Of a stretch of DNA of 64,000 nt, positions 1 through 11,538 are shown piece after piece. A program made the translations under genes and the position numbers. The stretch comes from Octopus vulgaris (Eukaryota), in the NCBI GenBank assembly GCA_951406725.2, contig OX597839.1:11532001-11596000 (forward strand), given 5' to 3'. Below the pieces are notes generated by a model, which did not search any database, was not told the DNA's origin, and was given only the letters and a program-made list of their open reading frames with translations. Within the stretch, counting starts at the first letter, position 1. Each line of letters begins with the position of its first letter.

Positions 1-395
1 TGTGTGTGTGTGGTAAGAAGCTTGCTTCTCAACCACACGGTCTTGGGTTCAGTCCCACTGCATGCATCCTTGGGCAAGTGCCTTCTACTATAGCCTTGGG
101 TCAACCAAAACCTTGTGAGTGGATTTGGTAGGTGGAAACTGAAAGAAGCACATCATGTATATGTATGTGTGTGTGTGTGTGTGTGTGTGTGCCTTTGTGT
201 CTTTGTTTGTCCTCCCACCATTGCTTCTCATCCAATGTTGGTGTGTTTATATCCCTGTAACTTAGCAGTTTGGCAAGTGCAAGTCTTACAAAGAATAAGT
301 CCTGGGGTCAATTTCTCCAACTAAAAACCCTTTAGGGCAGTGCCCCAGCATGGTCACAGTAAATGGCTGAAACAAGTAAAAGATAAAAGATGATA
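1..395 (+). mobile_element. tRNA-derived SINE, family A, with internal (TG)n
   Basis: Head GTGTGGTAAGAAGCTTGC..GGTTCAGTCCCAC (A/B-box-like), CCTTGGGCAAGT core and tail ATGGCTGAAACAAGTAAAAGATAAAAG; the same architecture recurs about 20 times in the window. Confidence 0.85.
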
Positions 396-409
396 AGTAT
401 AGGCAAAGG

Positions 410-778
410 TATGGCTGTGTGGTAAGAAGCTTGCTTCCCAACGTCATGGTTCTAGTTCAGTTCCATTGTGTGGCACCTTGGGCAAGTGCTCTACTATAGC
501 CCCAGGCCAACCAAAATCTTGTGAGTGGATTAGATAAATGGGAACCCTGCTGTATATGTGTATGTGTATTTGTGTGTTTGTCCCCACCACAACTTGACAA
601 TCCAATGTTTGTTTGTTTGTGTACCCGTAACTTAGCGATTTGGCAAAGGAGACCAATAGAAAAAGTACCAGTTTTGCAAAATAATTTAGTGGGGTTGATC
701 TGTTCAAGTAAAACCTTTCAAGCTGGTACCTCAGCATTGCCTCCTTCCAATGATTAAAGCAAGTAAAGGATAGAAGAC
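410..778 (+). mobile_element. SINE family A, second adjacent copy
   Basis: Same head, core and tail as 1-395, more diverged. Confidence 0.8.
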
Positions 779-1697
779 ATATTTTTATCCGGGACTACAT
801 TGTCTAATAAATGAATCCCTTATTTTCAGACAGTAGGGTGTGAATTGAGGAGGATTAGGCTGCTATTTCTGACAGGTCAAACAAGCATGTCAAGGTTTAT
901 GCATGAATCAGATCATTAGTTGTATGATGGCAGACTAACATTTCATTTGTGTGTCTTTTGTTTGGGCTGTGACAATGTCTGTTGTATTGTGATTCCCATA
1001 TCAGCTGATGCACCAGTGATCTCAACCATTCAGCACTAATGTATTGTGGAGAGTATCTTGATTTATTACTATTGCTGCTGTTGTTATCATTATTATCATT
1101 ATTGTTATTATGGTTGTTATCTCTATATATATAAACGGCAAAATGTCTGTGTGTGTGTCCTTTATACAAATCCACAATTTTTCAGTTAGAGGACTTGCAC
1201 TTTCTATGGTCATTCAAAACCGTCCAAGGGTGGTCGTGCACATCTTTACATTTCCCCAGTCACCCCGCAAAGCCATTAAAAAAATCAATAGAAGTGACTT
1301 TTTTGTGAATTTTCTATCCAAAACCCAATCAAAATGCCCAAAACTTGATACGCCAATTGAATGCCAGCTAGCTGTATGTGATTGGTCGGCGATTTGGACA
1401 GTACTCACGTGTATGTGCACACGCACGCAGCTGTATGTGCATGCACTAGCACTATGACCCAGCATTTCCAGGTCATAGTGCTAGTTGTTAATATTATTGT
1501 CTAAGGCAGCAGGCTGACAGAATCATTAGCATGCTGGACGAGATGCTTAGCAGTATTTTGTCCATCTTTCATATTCCAAGTTTAAATTCTGCTGAAGTTG
1601 ACTTTATTTTTCATCCTTTGGGGGGGGGGGGGGTCAATAAAACAAGTAACAGTTGAGTACTGGGGTTGATGTAATCAATACCCCCACCCCTGAAATG

Positions 1698-2007
1698 TTG
1701 TTGTTGCTTGTTCCTTCTCGAGCCATGTTTGGCTCATAAGGGCCGGTTCCCCAGTTTCTTGGCGTATAGGTTCCCCACCTGGACAGGACGCCAGTCCATC
1801 GCAGGTGAGCTGCAAGATGCAGGAGGAAAGAGTGAGAGAAAGCTGTGGCGAAAGAGTCAGCAGAAGTTCACCACTACCTTCTGCCGGAGCCGCGTGGAGC
1901 TTAGGTGTTTCGCTCATAAACACACACATCGCCCGGTCTGAGATTCGAACCCATGATCCCTCGACCGCGAGTCCGCTGCTCTAACCACTAGGCCATGTGC
2001 CTCCACT
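1698..2007 (-). mobile_element. tRNA-derived SINE family D (V-domain-like), nested in an old family-B copy (about 1504-2050)
   Basis: Minus strand reads GTGGAGGCACATGGCCTAGTGGTTAGAGC..GGGTTCGAATC, then CTGCGATGGACTGGCGTCCTGTCCAGG (V-SINE-like domain) and a (CAA)n tail. CCCCTGAAATG is duplicated at 1687-1697 and 2013-2023 (TSD). Full copy also at 49141-49445. Confidence 0.85.
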
Positions 2008-2124
2008 TCCCTCCCCTGAAATGCTGGTCCTGTGCCAAAATTTGAAATCATTATTAATATTATTGTTGTTGTTATTATGAAAGGTAAAAAAAGTTTCACT
2101 GAGGTCAACCTTGTTTTTGATGGA

Positions 2125-2425
2125 GACCACATCATAATTTTCTAAGATCAAAAAATATCTAAATAATACATCATAAATTTAATGATTATGACCACGGAGC
2201 ATCAAACTCTCACATCATAGATTTTCTATGAGCAAGACACATCTAAATACCACATCATAAATTTTCTGACTATGACCAAGAAATAGCTAAATAACACATC
2301 ATAAATTTTATGAATTAGACCAAGAAACAGCTAAATAACACATGGTAAATTTTCTATGACCAAGATGTATCTAAATACCACATCATAAATTTTCTGACTA
2401 AGACCAAGGTCACATCTAAATTTCT
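2125..2425. repeat. Degenerate tandem repeat, unit about 36-40 bp
   Basis: About 7 recurrences of CTAAATA(C/A)CACATCATAAATTTTCT..GACCAAG. Confidence 0.75.
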
Positions 2426-3160
2426 GTGAGAGCTAAATAGCAGCTTATGTTTTAAATTGTTAAAGAGAGAGAGAGAGAGACAGATAGACACACAGACAGA
2501 CATATACAGAGCTAAACACAAGCTCAAGTCTTAAATCATCAAATTTGAAATGAGATTTCAAGACAAGTTGGAGAAAAAGAAAAAAAAATTGAAGTGAAGA
2601 AAAAAAAAATCAAAAGAAAAAAGCAAACAAGAAAACATTGATTATAAAAGAAAAAAAACAGTCAATGCAGAAAGATAAATTACAAAAAATTCCAGGTGCA
2701 GCAAAGTGTGTGTGTGTGTGGTGGGGTTGGGTGTGTATGGAGATATGAAAGATAAAGGATGCTATTTTACATAATCTACTGATGAGAGAACGATAAAAAA
2801 AAAATAAGGAAAGAGAGGAGAATGCAGGTTTGTAGTAGAGATAGAAGTGTAGTACTAAAGTGACTACCCCTCACATTGAGAAAGTGCCTTGAGGTGGGGT
2901 GTGGGGAGTGCAGTGTTTTCTCTCCATATATACACACATACAGATACACATATATACACACGCACATAGGGACACGTATATACGTATGCACATATATATG
3001 CATGTATGTGTATACACATATATATATACATACACATATATATATACATACACACACACAATAGCTTTAGACACTTCAGCGTATTTCTGCAGAGAGTTTC
3101 AGAATAACAAATTACAACAGTGCAAAGATACTGTGATAAAGAATGCTGGAGTAAGATGGC

Positions 3161-3205
<45 letters not shown>

Positions 3206-3975
3206 GATGTATGTGCACTCACATATATATATATATATATGAGAGAGAAAGCGAGTGAGAGATTGAAAGACATACTGAGAGATACACGCACATACATACG
3301 TACATTAAAATACACATATAGACACGCACTAACCCCCTCCTCTCCCCCACAAAAAAAAACCAATAACCAGAAAGAAAAAAAACTATAAAAAAAAAACAAA
3401 CAAACAAATCCCCCAAGAATGCAATTATGAAGAAGAAATATTTCAGTTAATGGTGCCTGACAATGGAATCAGTGGAAAATAAAGATCTTTGTTGGGAAAC
3501 AACACAGTTATTAGGAAGTAAATTTCTCTGAAATATATTCGTTAACGCCAATTAAGCAAAAAAGAAGGAAAGAAAAGAAAAAAGAAGAGGAAGACACCAC
3601 CACCACCAACAACAACAACAACAGCGTCAAGGCACACTGTTTCATTATTGCAGCTAGCACTCTTCGCTAACTAATATTGTTAATTTATACTAAGTTCATT
3701 AGTTTAAATATCAGTATTTGTGCAAGAGCTGCCAACTGGGATGGTGTTTCTGTTTATTTTACATGTAGTTTTCGAAAATCGACATGACATCAAAACATGG
3801 TAGGAAATGTTGCCAAGAATATTTGCGGTGCTAATTGTGGGGGGGAGGAGGAGGAGGAGGACTCTTGGTGGAGACGAGAGAAGAAAAACGAAAGACAAAC
3901 AGACAGCAATGCACTCACTATCACAAAGCTTACTGGCGACTGTAAAGATCAGAGTGTTGCTACAGCTGGGGTGTA

Positions 3976-4179
3976 CAAGGGTCTGCTGAAAAGTTCCTGG
4001 CTTTGGGTAAAAGAAAATACAGGAAGATCAGTTAATTTTGATTTTTTTCTCAGATTCACACACTTATTGCAGTAATCCTTCAGTTTTTCCAAGCCCTGTA
4101 AAAGAATTCAGAAGGTTGGACCCCCCAATATAGCCTTCTTTAATACCCTTAAAGCCAAAGACATTTCAGCACCCCTTTG
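3976..4179 (-). mobile_element. Mariner-derived MITE
   Basis: TA then CAAGGGTCTGCTGAAAAGTTCCTGGCTTT ... AAAGCC..ATTTCAGCACCCCTTTG imperfect TIRs. An opposite-orientation copy lies at 60966-61167. Confidence 0.7.
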
Positions 4180-4185
4180 TTTATA

Positions 4186-5340
4186 CAGGGTGTGATGGGT
4201 AAATTGTCACCATTTTATCATCATCATCATCATCATCGTTTAATGTCCGCTTTCCACGCTAGCATGGGTTGGACGGTTCAACTGGGGTTTGGGAAGCCCG
4301 AAGGCTGCACCAGGCCAGTCAGACCTGGCAGTGTTTCTACAGCTGGATGCCCTTCCTAACGCCAACCACTCCGTGAGTGTAGTGGGTGCTTTTTACGTGC
4401 CACTGGCACGGAGGCCATGCTCGGATGATGTTTGTTACGTGCCACCGGCACGGAGGCCAGTTAATGCGGTGCTGGCTATGGCCACGTTCGGATGGTTCTC
4501 TTACGTGCCACCGACACTGAATTTTGTGCATGCGTATTGTTTGTTCTTGATTTTGTCAACTACACAGTATAGTAGGGTCAGTTGGGTACCATCTGTGAGA
4601 AAAACAGCACCATGATGCAATTCACTTTGTCAGAAATTTGGAAACGACATGCTGTACTGCTTGGCATTCATGCTGGAAGGTCCAGTACGAGTGTTTGGGT
4701 GTCAATCTGAGGACATGTACCGAAAGTGATAAAAATCAAACATCCAGTCAACATCATAATGTTTGGAATGATCACTAGTAATGGTGATGCTGTGCCTCCA
4801 ATCATCTTCCCATATGGACTCAGACTCAACATGGAGGCCTACATCAAGTTCCTGGAGGAGGTAGTACTGCCCTGGGTCAAGAAGGTAGCTACTTGAAGTA
4901 CCTATGTCCGGCAACAGGACTCTGCACCATGCCACACAAGCAGGAGAACCCAGTCATGTCTATCAGACAATTTCTGCGACCACATCACCCCTAACACCTG
5001 GCCACCTAACTCCCCAAACTGAAATCCTTTTGATTATTATGTGTGGGGCACAGTTGAGTGAGAGACCAACAAAACTCCTTGTAACACCAAAGATGAACTG
5101 AAGGCAAGGATTATGGCAACATTCACCAACTTAAACAAGGAAGCCATCCAGAAGAGTTGCAGGAGATTCCAAAGTCGTCTGGAGACCGTCGTTGAAGCAA
5201 ATGGTGATTTCATTGAATAGATTTACTCTTTAGTATTTCAAAATAATTTTATGTAATTTTGGTAAATATATCTGTTTAAATGAAATGTCAGTATTATTTT
5301 CCTTTTCATGTAATTTAGACAACAGTTTATCCACCGCACC

Positions 5341-5343
<3 letters not shown>
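4186..5343 (+). mobile_element. Decayed Tc1/mariner transposon of the DD37D (maT) group, internally deleted
   Basis: Left TIR CAGGGTGTGATGGGTAAATTGTC follows TA; the right end reverse-complements to CAGGGTGCGGTGGATAAACTGTT. Contains a transposase remnant and a nested family-C SINE at about 4218-4515. Confidence 0.9.
4735..5220 (+). pseudogene. Transposase catalytic-domain remnant (DD37D)
   Basis: Hand translation: IKHPVNIIMFGMITSNGDAVPPIIFPYGLRLNMEAYIKFLEEVVLPWVKKVAT*STYVRQQDSAPCHTSRRTQSCLSDNFCDHITPNTWPPNSPN*NPFDYYVWGTVE*..RRFQSRLETVVEANGDFIE*. There are 37 residues between the QQD and NPFD aspartates and three internal stops. Confidence 0.92.
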
Positions 5344-5383
<40 letters not shown>

Positions 5384-5384
<1 letters not shown>

Positions 5385-5590
5385 CATGAAAACACAAAGA
5401 GAAAACACAACAACGCAAGGACATGGAACAAATATAGTATTATTGGATGCTCAGGAAGGAAGGGAAGAAGGAGGGTTTTACGTTTCGAGCGGAGCTCTTC
5501 GTCAGAAACATAGGAAAAGGAAAGATCCAGAGAAGGGAAGACGGAGGGAAAAAAATCGCCAACGGTATACACGCGGTCACATTTTGATAA
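5384..5590 (-). mobile_element. About 200-bp Penelope-like (pLTR/retrozyme-like) element embedded in (TA)n
   Basis: Flanked on both sides by (TA)n and carries a minimal hammerhead motif. A related element lies at 54124-54285. Confidence 0.65.
5475..5510 (-). ncRNA. Minimal type-I hammerhead ribozyme motif
   Basis: Minus strand: UGUUU-CUGACGA-A-GAGC-UCC-GCUC-GAAA-CG-UA-AAAC. It has the CUGANGA and GAAA core, stem II GAGC/GCUC, stem I GUUU/AAAC, a palindromic ACGU in place of stem III, and a GUA cleavage triplet. Confidence 0.75.
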
Positions 5591-5627
<37 letters not shown>

Positions 5628-6146
5628 TATATCATTATTTAACATCCATTTTCCATGCTGGCATGGGTTGGAGAACTTGACAGGAGCTGGCCAGGCTCCA
5701 GTTCTCTGTTTTGGCTTCATTTCTACAGTTGGATGCCCTTCCTGATGCCAACCACTTTACAGAGTGTGCTGGGTCCTATTACTTACTACAAGCACAAGTG
5801 CCTTTCCATGGCACTGGCACAAGTGCCTTTACATGGCACCAAAACAAGTGTATTTTATGCGGCACCAGTACAAATGCCAGTATGTATGAATAAATGTTTC
5901 TGTGTAAAGATATGTTTGTATGTAATTGACATTTTAATTATGTGAGTGAGTGTGTGTGTGTTTAGTGTGTGTGCACACGGACACGTGTATATAATAGTAT
6001 AATTTTTACGTTCATAATTGGAGGCCTGGTAAATTTGTCTAGATAGTATTTAATTAACTTGAAAAGCTGTTTGGCATTGTAATCAAATTTGCAATAATTA
6101 GCCGGACATAATCCACTCTCTCGCTCTCTCTCACACACACACACTG

Positions 6147-6180
<34 letters not shown>

Positions 6181-6867
6181 GCTGTCTCTCTCTCACACAC
6201 ACACACACACACACGCTGTCTCTCTCTCTCTCACACACACACGCTGTCTCTCTCTCACACACACACACACACTGTCTCTCTCTTTCTCTCTCTCTCTCTC
6301 TGTGGTCTCTTGATAAATTAGCCTGAATGATGAATGGCATAAAACTTGAATAGAACAGTCATTTTTGAGACATTTTAAGTAAAATAATAAGTGCTATTAT
6401 CTTAATTAGTATTGTTTTTTTTTTCTCTTAATTAATAACTGATAACTCACTTTAGCCTTTTGTTCTGTTTTAGTTCCATTTTCTCATTAACTTCTTTGAA
6501 AGGGGTGGATTTTATTTATTCATTTTTTATCATTGTTTTTATTTTCATTTTTCTTTTTTATTTGAGGATAGAGGCGCAGTGCCCATTATCTAAGTTCGCT
6601 CTCCCAGAGGATTTTCTGGCCTTGGAGAGGAAGCCTACTTCTGGAAAGGTTAACATGTTGTCATCATCATCATCATCATCCTTGAATGTCCGTTTTACTG
6701 TCCATGTTCAATGCTGCCATGAGTTGGATGATTTGATTAGGGTCCAGCAGGTGCAAAGACTGCATCATGCTCCAATGTCCACTTTGGTATGGTTTCTACA
6801 GATGGATGCTCTTCTTAGCACTAACTACATTACACCATGTACTGGGAGCTTTTTTTTTTTTTGAACA

Positions 6868-7465
6868 TGGCTGTGTAATAAGAAGTTTGCTTCTCAACCT
6901 CCGGCTTCAGAGTTCATCCCACTTTGTGGCACCTTCGGCAACTATCTCGTACTATAGCCTCGGACTGACTAAAGCCTTGTGAGTGATTTTAGTAGACAGA
7001 AACTGAAAGGCGGCGAGCTGCCAGGAACGTTAGCACGCCGGGTAAAATGTGTAGCCGTATTTCGTCTGCCGTTACGTTCTGAGTTCAAATTCCGCCGAGG
7101 TCGACTTTGCCTTTCATCCTTTCAGGGTCGATAAATTAAGTTCCAGTTACGCACTGGGGTCAATGTAATCGACCTAATCTCTTTGTGTGTCCTTTTTTGC
7201 CCCCTCTATATTTAGCCCCTTTTGGGCAATAAAGAAATAAGAAACTGAAAGAAGCCCATTGTATATATATATGTATGTGACTGTGTGTCTGTCTTTTTGT
7301 CTGTGTTTACAGCCTCATAACTTAGTGGTCCAGCAAAAGAAACCATTGAAATAAGTACCAGACTTTAGAAATAAAAGTACTGTAGTTGATTCATTTCATT
7401 AAAAATTCTTCAAAGCAATGCCCCAGCATGGCCGCAATCAAATGACTGAAACCAGTAAAAGGTGT
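6868..7465 (+). mobile_element. Family-A SINE interrupted by a full family-B SINE (7010-7239)
   Basis: B copy GGCGGCGAGCTG..GAGTTCAAATTCCGCCGAGGTCGACTTTGCCTTTCATCCTTTCAGGGTCGATAAA..AAAGAAATA is flanked by the 12-bp TSD AGAAACTGAAAG (6998-7009 and 7240-7251). Confidence 0.9.
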
Positions 7466-7609
7466 TTCACACCAGCACTGGTCTTGGCTGTTACATTAGA
7501 GATTAGTGGTGTGAGGTGATGTTCTACTTGGCTTTCTGTGTGAACGACACACAGTCTAATGAGAGAGAGTTCTCTAGTCACTCAATCTGCTAAAAATAAC
7601 AACCAGATC

Positions 7610-8273
7610 TCTGGTGCTTGTGCTGCATAAAAGGCACTGGTGCTAGTGCCATGTAAAAAAAGTACCCTGTACTCTCTCTGTAAAGTGGTTGGTGCTTGGA
7701 AGGATATCAAGCTGTAGAAAGCAAGCCAAATCAGACTGGAACCTGATGCAGCTTCTGGCCTTGCCAGCTCTTGTCAGACCTCTTTCTTTACTACCCACAA
7801 GGGGCTAAACACAGAGGGGACAAACAAGGACAGACAAATGGATTAAGTCGATTACATCGACCCTGGTAAGCAACTGGTACTTAATTTATCGACAATGGGC
7901 TTCTTTCAGTTTCTTATTTCTTTATCGCCCACAGGGGGCTAAACATAGATGGGACAAACAAGGACAGACAAAGAGATTAGGTCGATTACATTGACCCCAG
8001 TGCATAATTGGTACTTAATTTATCGACCTCGAAAGGATGAAAGGCAAAGTCGACCTCGGCGGAATTTGAACTCAGAACGTAATGGCAGACGAAATACGGC
8101 TACGCATTTTGCCTGGCGTGCTAACGTTTCTGCCAGCTCGCCCTTTTCAATGACCCCCTTCCCCTCCACGTCTGCTCTCCCACTCCATTGCCTTGTGTCC
8201 TCCTCTTGTCAAACCATCCAACCCATGCCAGCATGGAAAATGGACGTTAAAGGATGATGATGATGATGATGAT
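7610..8273. mobile_element. Family-C SINE (+) split by family-B fragments (-, 7781-8141) and a local 68-bp copy
   Basis: C sequence breaks at GCCAGCTCTTGTCA and resumes at CTTGTCAAACCATCCAACCCATGCCAGC..(GAT)n. Confidence 0.8.
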
Positions 8274-8934
8274 ATTCACGTGTGTGTGTTTGTGTGTATG
8301 ATGGGTTTCTTTCAGTTTCCCACTCACAAGACTTTTATTGGCCTGAAGCTATAGCAGAAGACACTTCTTGGTCCAAAGTGCCAAATGGTCAGACCGAACC
8401 TGAAATCCAATGTGGTTGAGAAGTAAACCTTTAACCCATCCCCACCCCCCACACACACTCATACACATGCACACGCACACACACAAACACATGCATACAC
8501 GTGTGTATGTATGTCTTTGTTTATTCAATCTAATTTTCTTGCATTTACTAATGGCTGAGGGGGAAACTGTTTCTGTTTTAATTCTGTTGATAATGGTGTG
8601 TAATAGTTTCAAATTGAGACGAAGTCTTGTCTCGGCTGAGCCGATTGTCAGTGAGAGGTGAGACTGTGACAGACTAAGAAATATAGAGAGAAAGATAGAC
8701 ACACACACACACACACACTTTCTCTCTCCCTCTTTCTCTCTCCTTCTTTCTCTCTCCCTCTCCCTCTTTCTCTTTCCTGTCTCCCCGCTCTCTCTCTCTC
8801 CCTCTTTATCTCTCCCCCTTTCTCTCTCCCCTCTTTCTCTCTCTCCCTCTCCCTCTTTCTTGTTCCCTCTCTATCTCCCTCTTTCTCTCTCCTCCCCCCT
8901 CTCCCTCTCCCTCCCTCTCACACACAGACAGAGA

Positions 8935-9953
8935 ATCGTATTTAGAAGGTTACTCTAAGACTTCAATTGAACTTCTTTTATGAATGCTATTAAAAAGCAG
9001 TGCTCGTTGGCGTAATCGCTGGCCTCCTCTTCCATTTCTTCTTTAACTAATATACAATTACTTGCACAGCGCCGCTTGCCAAATTGATGCCCTTTTCAAT
9101 GACCCCCCTCCCCCCTCGTCTGCTCCCCCACTTCCATTGCCTTGCGTTCTCGTCTTGTCCTAGCCTAGCTATTAGAGGTTCTCATGTGAAGTAATTTCGC
9201 ATGCCATTTGAACTGTACGGATTGTAAGCTCGCTAAACTATATTTAATGGGCAAATTATATCGGCTCAGGACTTTTCAGCTCGGTGTGCCGGGTGTAAGT
9301 TAACGATGTAGACAAACCGGGCTGGTGGTGGTGGTGGTGGTGGTGGTGGGGCGGATGAACGGTCCGGTGGGGTGTTTGGGAGAGCTTTGTGTGTCTGCCT
9401 GCCGTTGAACATCATCGGTTCTGGAAAAGAGAAGCTGTTACAGGGACCCCAGCACTCTCTGATTGCAGTGTATTTTAATCACCATGTTGCATTGACATCT
9501 CTTACAAAAAAAACAAAAAACATATGGTGTGCAGTAGCAGCAGCGACCATCCCCTCCCCACTCTCAGCAGTCTCCGCACCCCCCTCATCCTTGAAAATTT
9601 ATCCAGTTTTTCTTTTTTTTTTTTATACTTCTTCCTGCTTTGATCATTGTGTTCTGTGACACTGACTGTATTTATTTCTTGGTGAAGAGCTGTCAGGATT
9701 TCACCAAGTACCCTCAACCCCCAACCCCCTTCTCTCTCCCTCTTTCTCCTCTCCTCCTCGCCAGCCCATCCATAAATACTGTCAAATTACTCTCCCCCAC
9801 TCTTCGCCATTCCTTCCTCCCCTCCACTTCGCCCCACATTGTTAGTTATTAAGAGTTTATCATATTTTCTATTATGTCCTGTCTTTTATTGTGTTCTGCG
9901 TTCAGTTATGTTTTCTATTGTGAAAAAAAAATGTGTAAGGAAGGATGAGGTAG
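8935..9953 (+). promoter_or_regulatory. Unique CpG-richer block, candidate promoter / non-coding first exon ending at a strong donor
   Basis: TE-free stretch of about 1 kb with more CG dinucleotides than its surroundings. It ends in the consensus donor TAG|GTGAGT (9954-9959), 1.5 kb upstream of the putative start exon. The start coordinate is not defined. Confidence 0.35.
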
Positions 9954-10156
9954 GTGAGTGGGTAAACTCCATTAAAGCTGTTTTAGTTTGGCTTTGTTGT
10001 GACATCTAAACACTGGAAGAACTTGCCACCACCACGACCACCACCACTGTTACACCACACCATACTGCACCGTAATGCAACCCTGCTGTATCTCCGCTGC
10101 TGCTGTGATCAGTATAGGACCGTAGGTTGTCTACATCTATTGTGGACACTTGCCTC

Positions 10157-10586
10157 GGATCTTTTCGGTTTGAACGGCAGTTTTTAACATAATTTCTAGG
10201 TAACTAAAAAATTTCAAACTTCGTATACTGGTAGAATGTGTTTATAAAACATCTTCTTCTCTTGGCTTTATTGAGAAAATTCTATAGTTTGTAAGATATT
10301 TGTTGTTTTTTATCTTCAATTTTTGCAATTTCAACCAATCAATGACATCCATTGAGGTAAAAAAAAAACATTCTGTGCCACATGAATATGTCCCCCGTTT
10401 AAGAAACAGATTGGGTTTATTTACATTTTTGAAGAAAAAAGATACACTTCCCTCCACCCCTAACCCTAACCCACTCTAACCCTAAATCAGATTGAAATGC
10501 AATAGATCGATACTAGGATCATAATTATGGGTGACAATTTTATACGACACCACTAGAAAAAACTACTGTTCAAACCGAAAAGATCC
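10157..10586 (+). mobile_element. Non-autonomous DNA transposon (MITE), Merlin-like
   Basis: TIR GGATCTTTTCGGTTTGAACGGCAGTTTT / AACTACTGTTCAAACCGAAAAGATCC with 8-bp TSD CTTGCCTC/CCTGCCTC. GG termini plus an 8-bp TSD fit Merlin (inference). Confidence 0.85.
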
Positions 10587-10999
10587 CCTGCCTCTCTTGT
10601 AGCTAAAGAGTTTGGTACACCAGTTGGTGGAAGAGTCTCCATGTAAAAACTTGACTGAGCAGAGATAGCAGCCACAATCTCTCTCAAATCACGCCCTGCT
10701 TGCTTAACCATTTAGCATTCAGATTATTCTGTTTGCTGTAATACTCTTTACTCTTTTACTCGTTTCAGTCATTTGACTGTGGCCATGCTGGAGCACCGCG
10801 TTTAGTCGAGCAAACTAAAGTAGTAGTAGTAGCAGTAGCAGCATGGAGATTATAACACATAGGAAAGGCATCTAGTCATAGAAACCAAGCAAGGGCAGAC
10901 AATGGAGTCTGGTGCAGCCCCTGGCCTTAGCAGCTCCTCTCAAACCATCCAGCCCATGCCAGCATGGAAAATGGACGTTAAATGATGATGATGATGATG

Positions 11000-11428
11000 A
11001 GTGATGGCAGCTGTGGTAGTGACAACAGCTGTGGTTGTAGAAAACTGCACCAGTGGTTATAATGATAGTAGTGGTAATGGTGATAGTGGTGGTGGTAGTG
11101 GTGGTGATGGAGGTATATAAGTGGTGTTGTTATTATGATGATGGTGGTGCTGGTGATGTTGGTAGGAGTGACAGTAAGAGTAAGGATAGTGATGGGGATG
11201 ATAGCATTGGGGTTGAGATGGTGTTGTTATTGTGATGGTGGAGGTGGCAATGACTATGGTGGTGGTGGTGGTGAGAAGAACAATGACACGATGATGATGA
11301 TGATGATGGTTGCAGTGATGATGATAACGACGATGACTAATGATGGTGGTGTTGGTGGTGTTGGTGGTGGTAGTGGTGATTACAACAATAATGACTATGA
11401 TGATGGTTGTGGTGATGGTGATGGTGAT
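11000..11428. repeat. (GAT/GGT)n degenerate trinucleotide tract
   Basis: Direct reading; it produces the poly-V/poly-H pseudo-ORFs. Confidence 0.9.
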
Positions 11429-11502
11429 ATCCCCCACTGTACATGGCCCTTTAATTTTCCATTCTGAAGAAGAAGACTTCATTAAAATGAACCACTTCGT
11501 CG

Positions 11503-11538
11503 ATGGAGCCCCATAACTGCAGTGTGAAACAGCAAAGT
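11503..11538 (+). CDS. Putative first coding exon (MEPHNCSVKQQS) of an unidentified large gene
   Basis: ATG in context TCGATGG, with an in-frame TGA upstream (11488-11490). Twelve codons end in phase 0 at GTGAGT (11539-11544). A possible weak acceptor TTTTCCATTCTGAAG ends at 11469. The phase matches the downstream exons. Confidence 0.5.

Noticed and set aside
9280-9294. 15-nt AG..GTAAGT-bounded segment (LGVPG)
   Set aside because: The pyrimidine tract is very short and it lies upstream of the putative start codon. The donor might end a 5' UTR exon, but there is not enough support.
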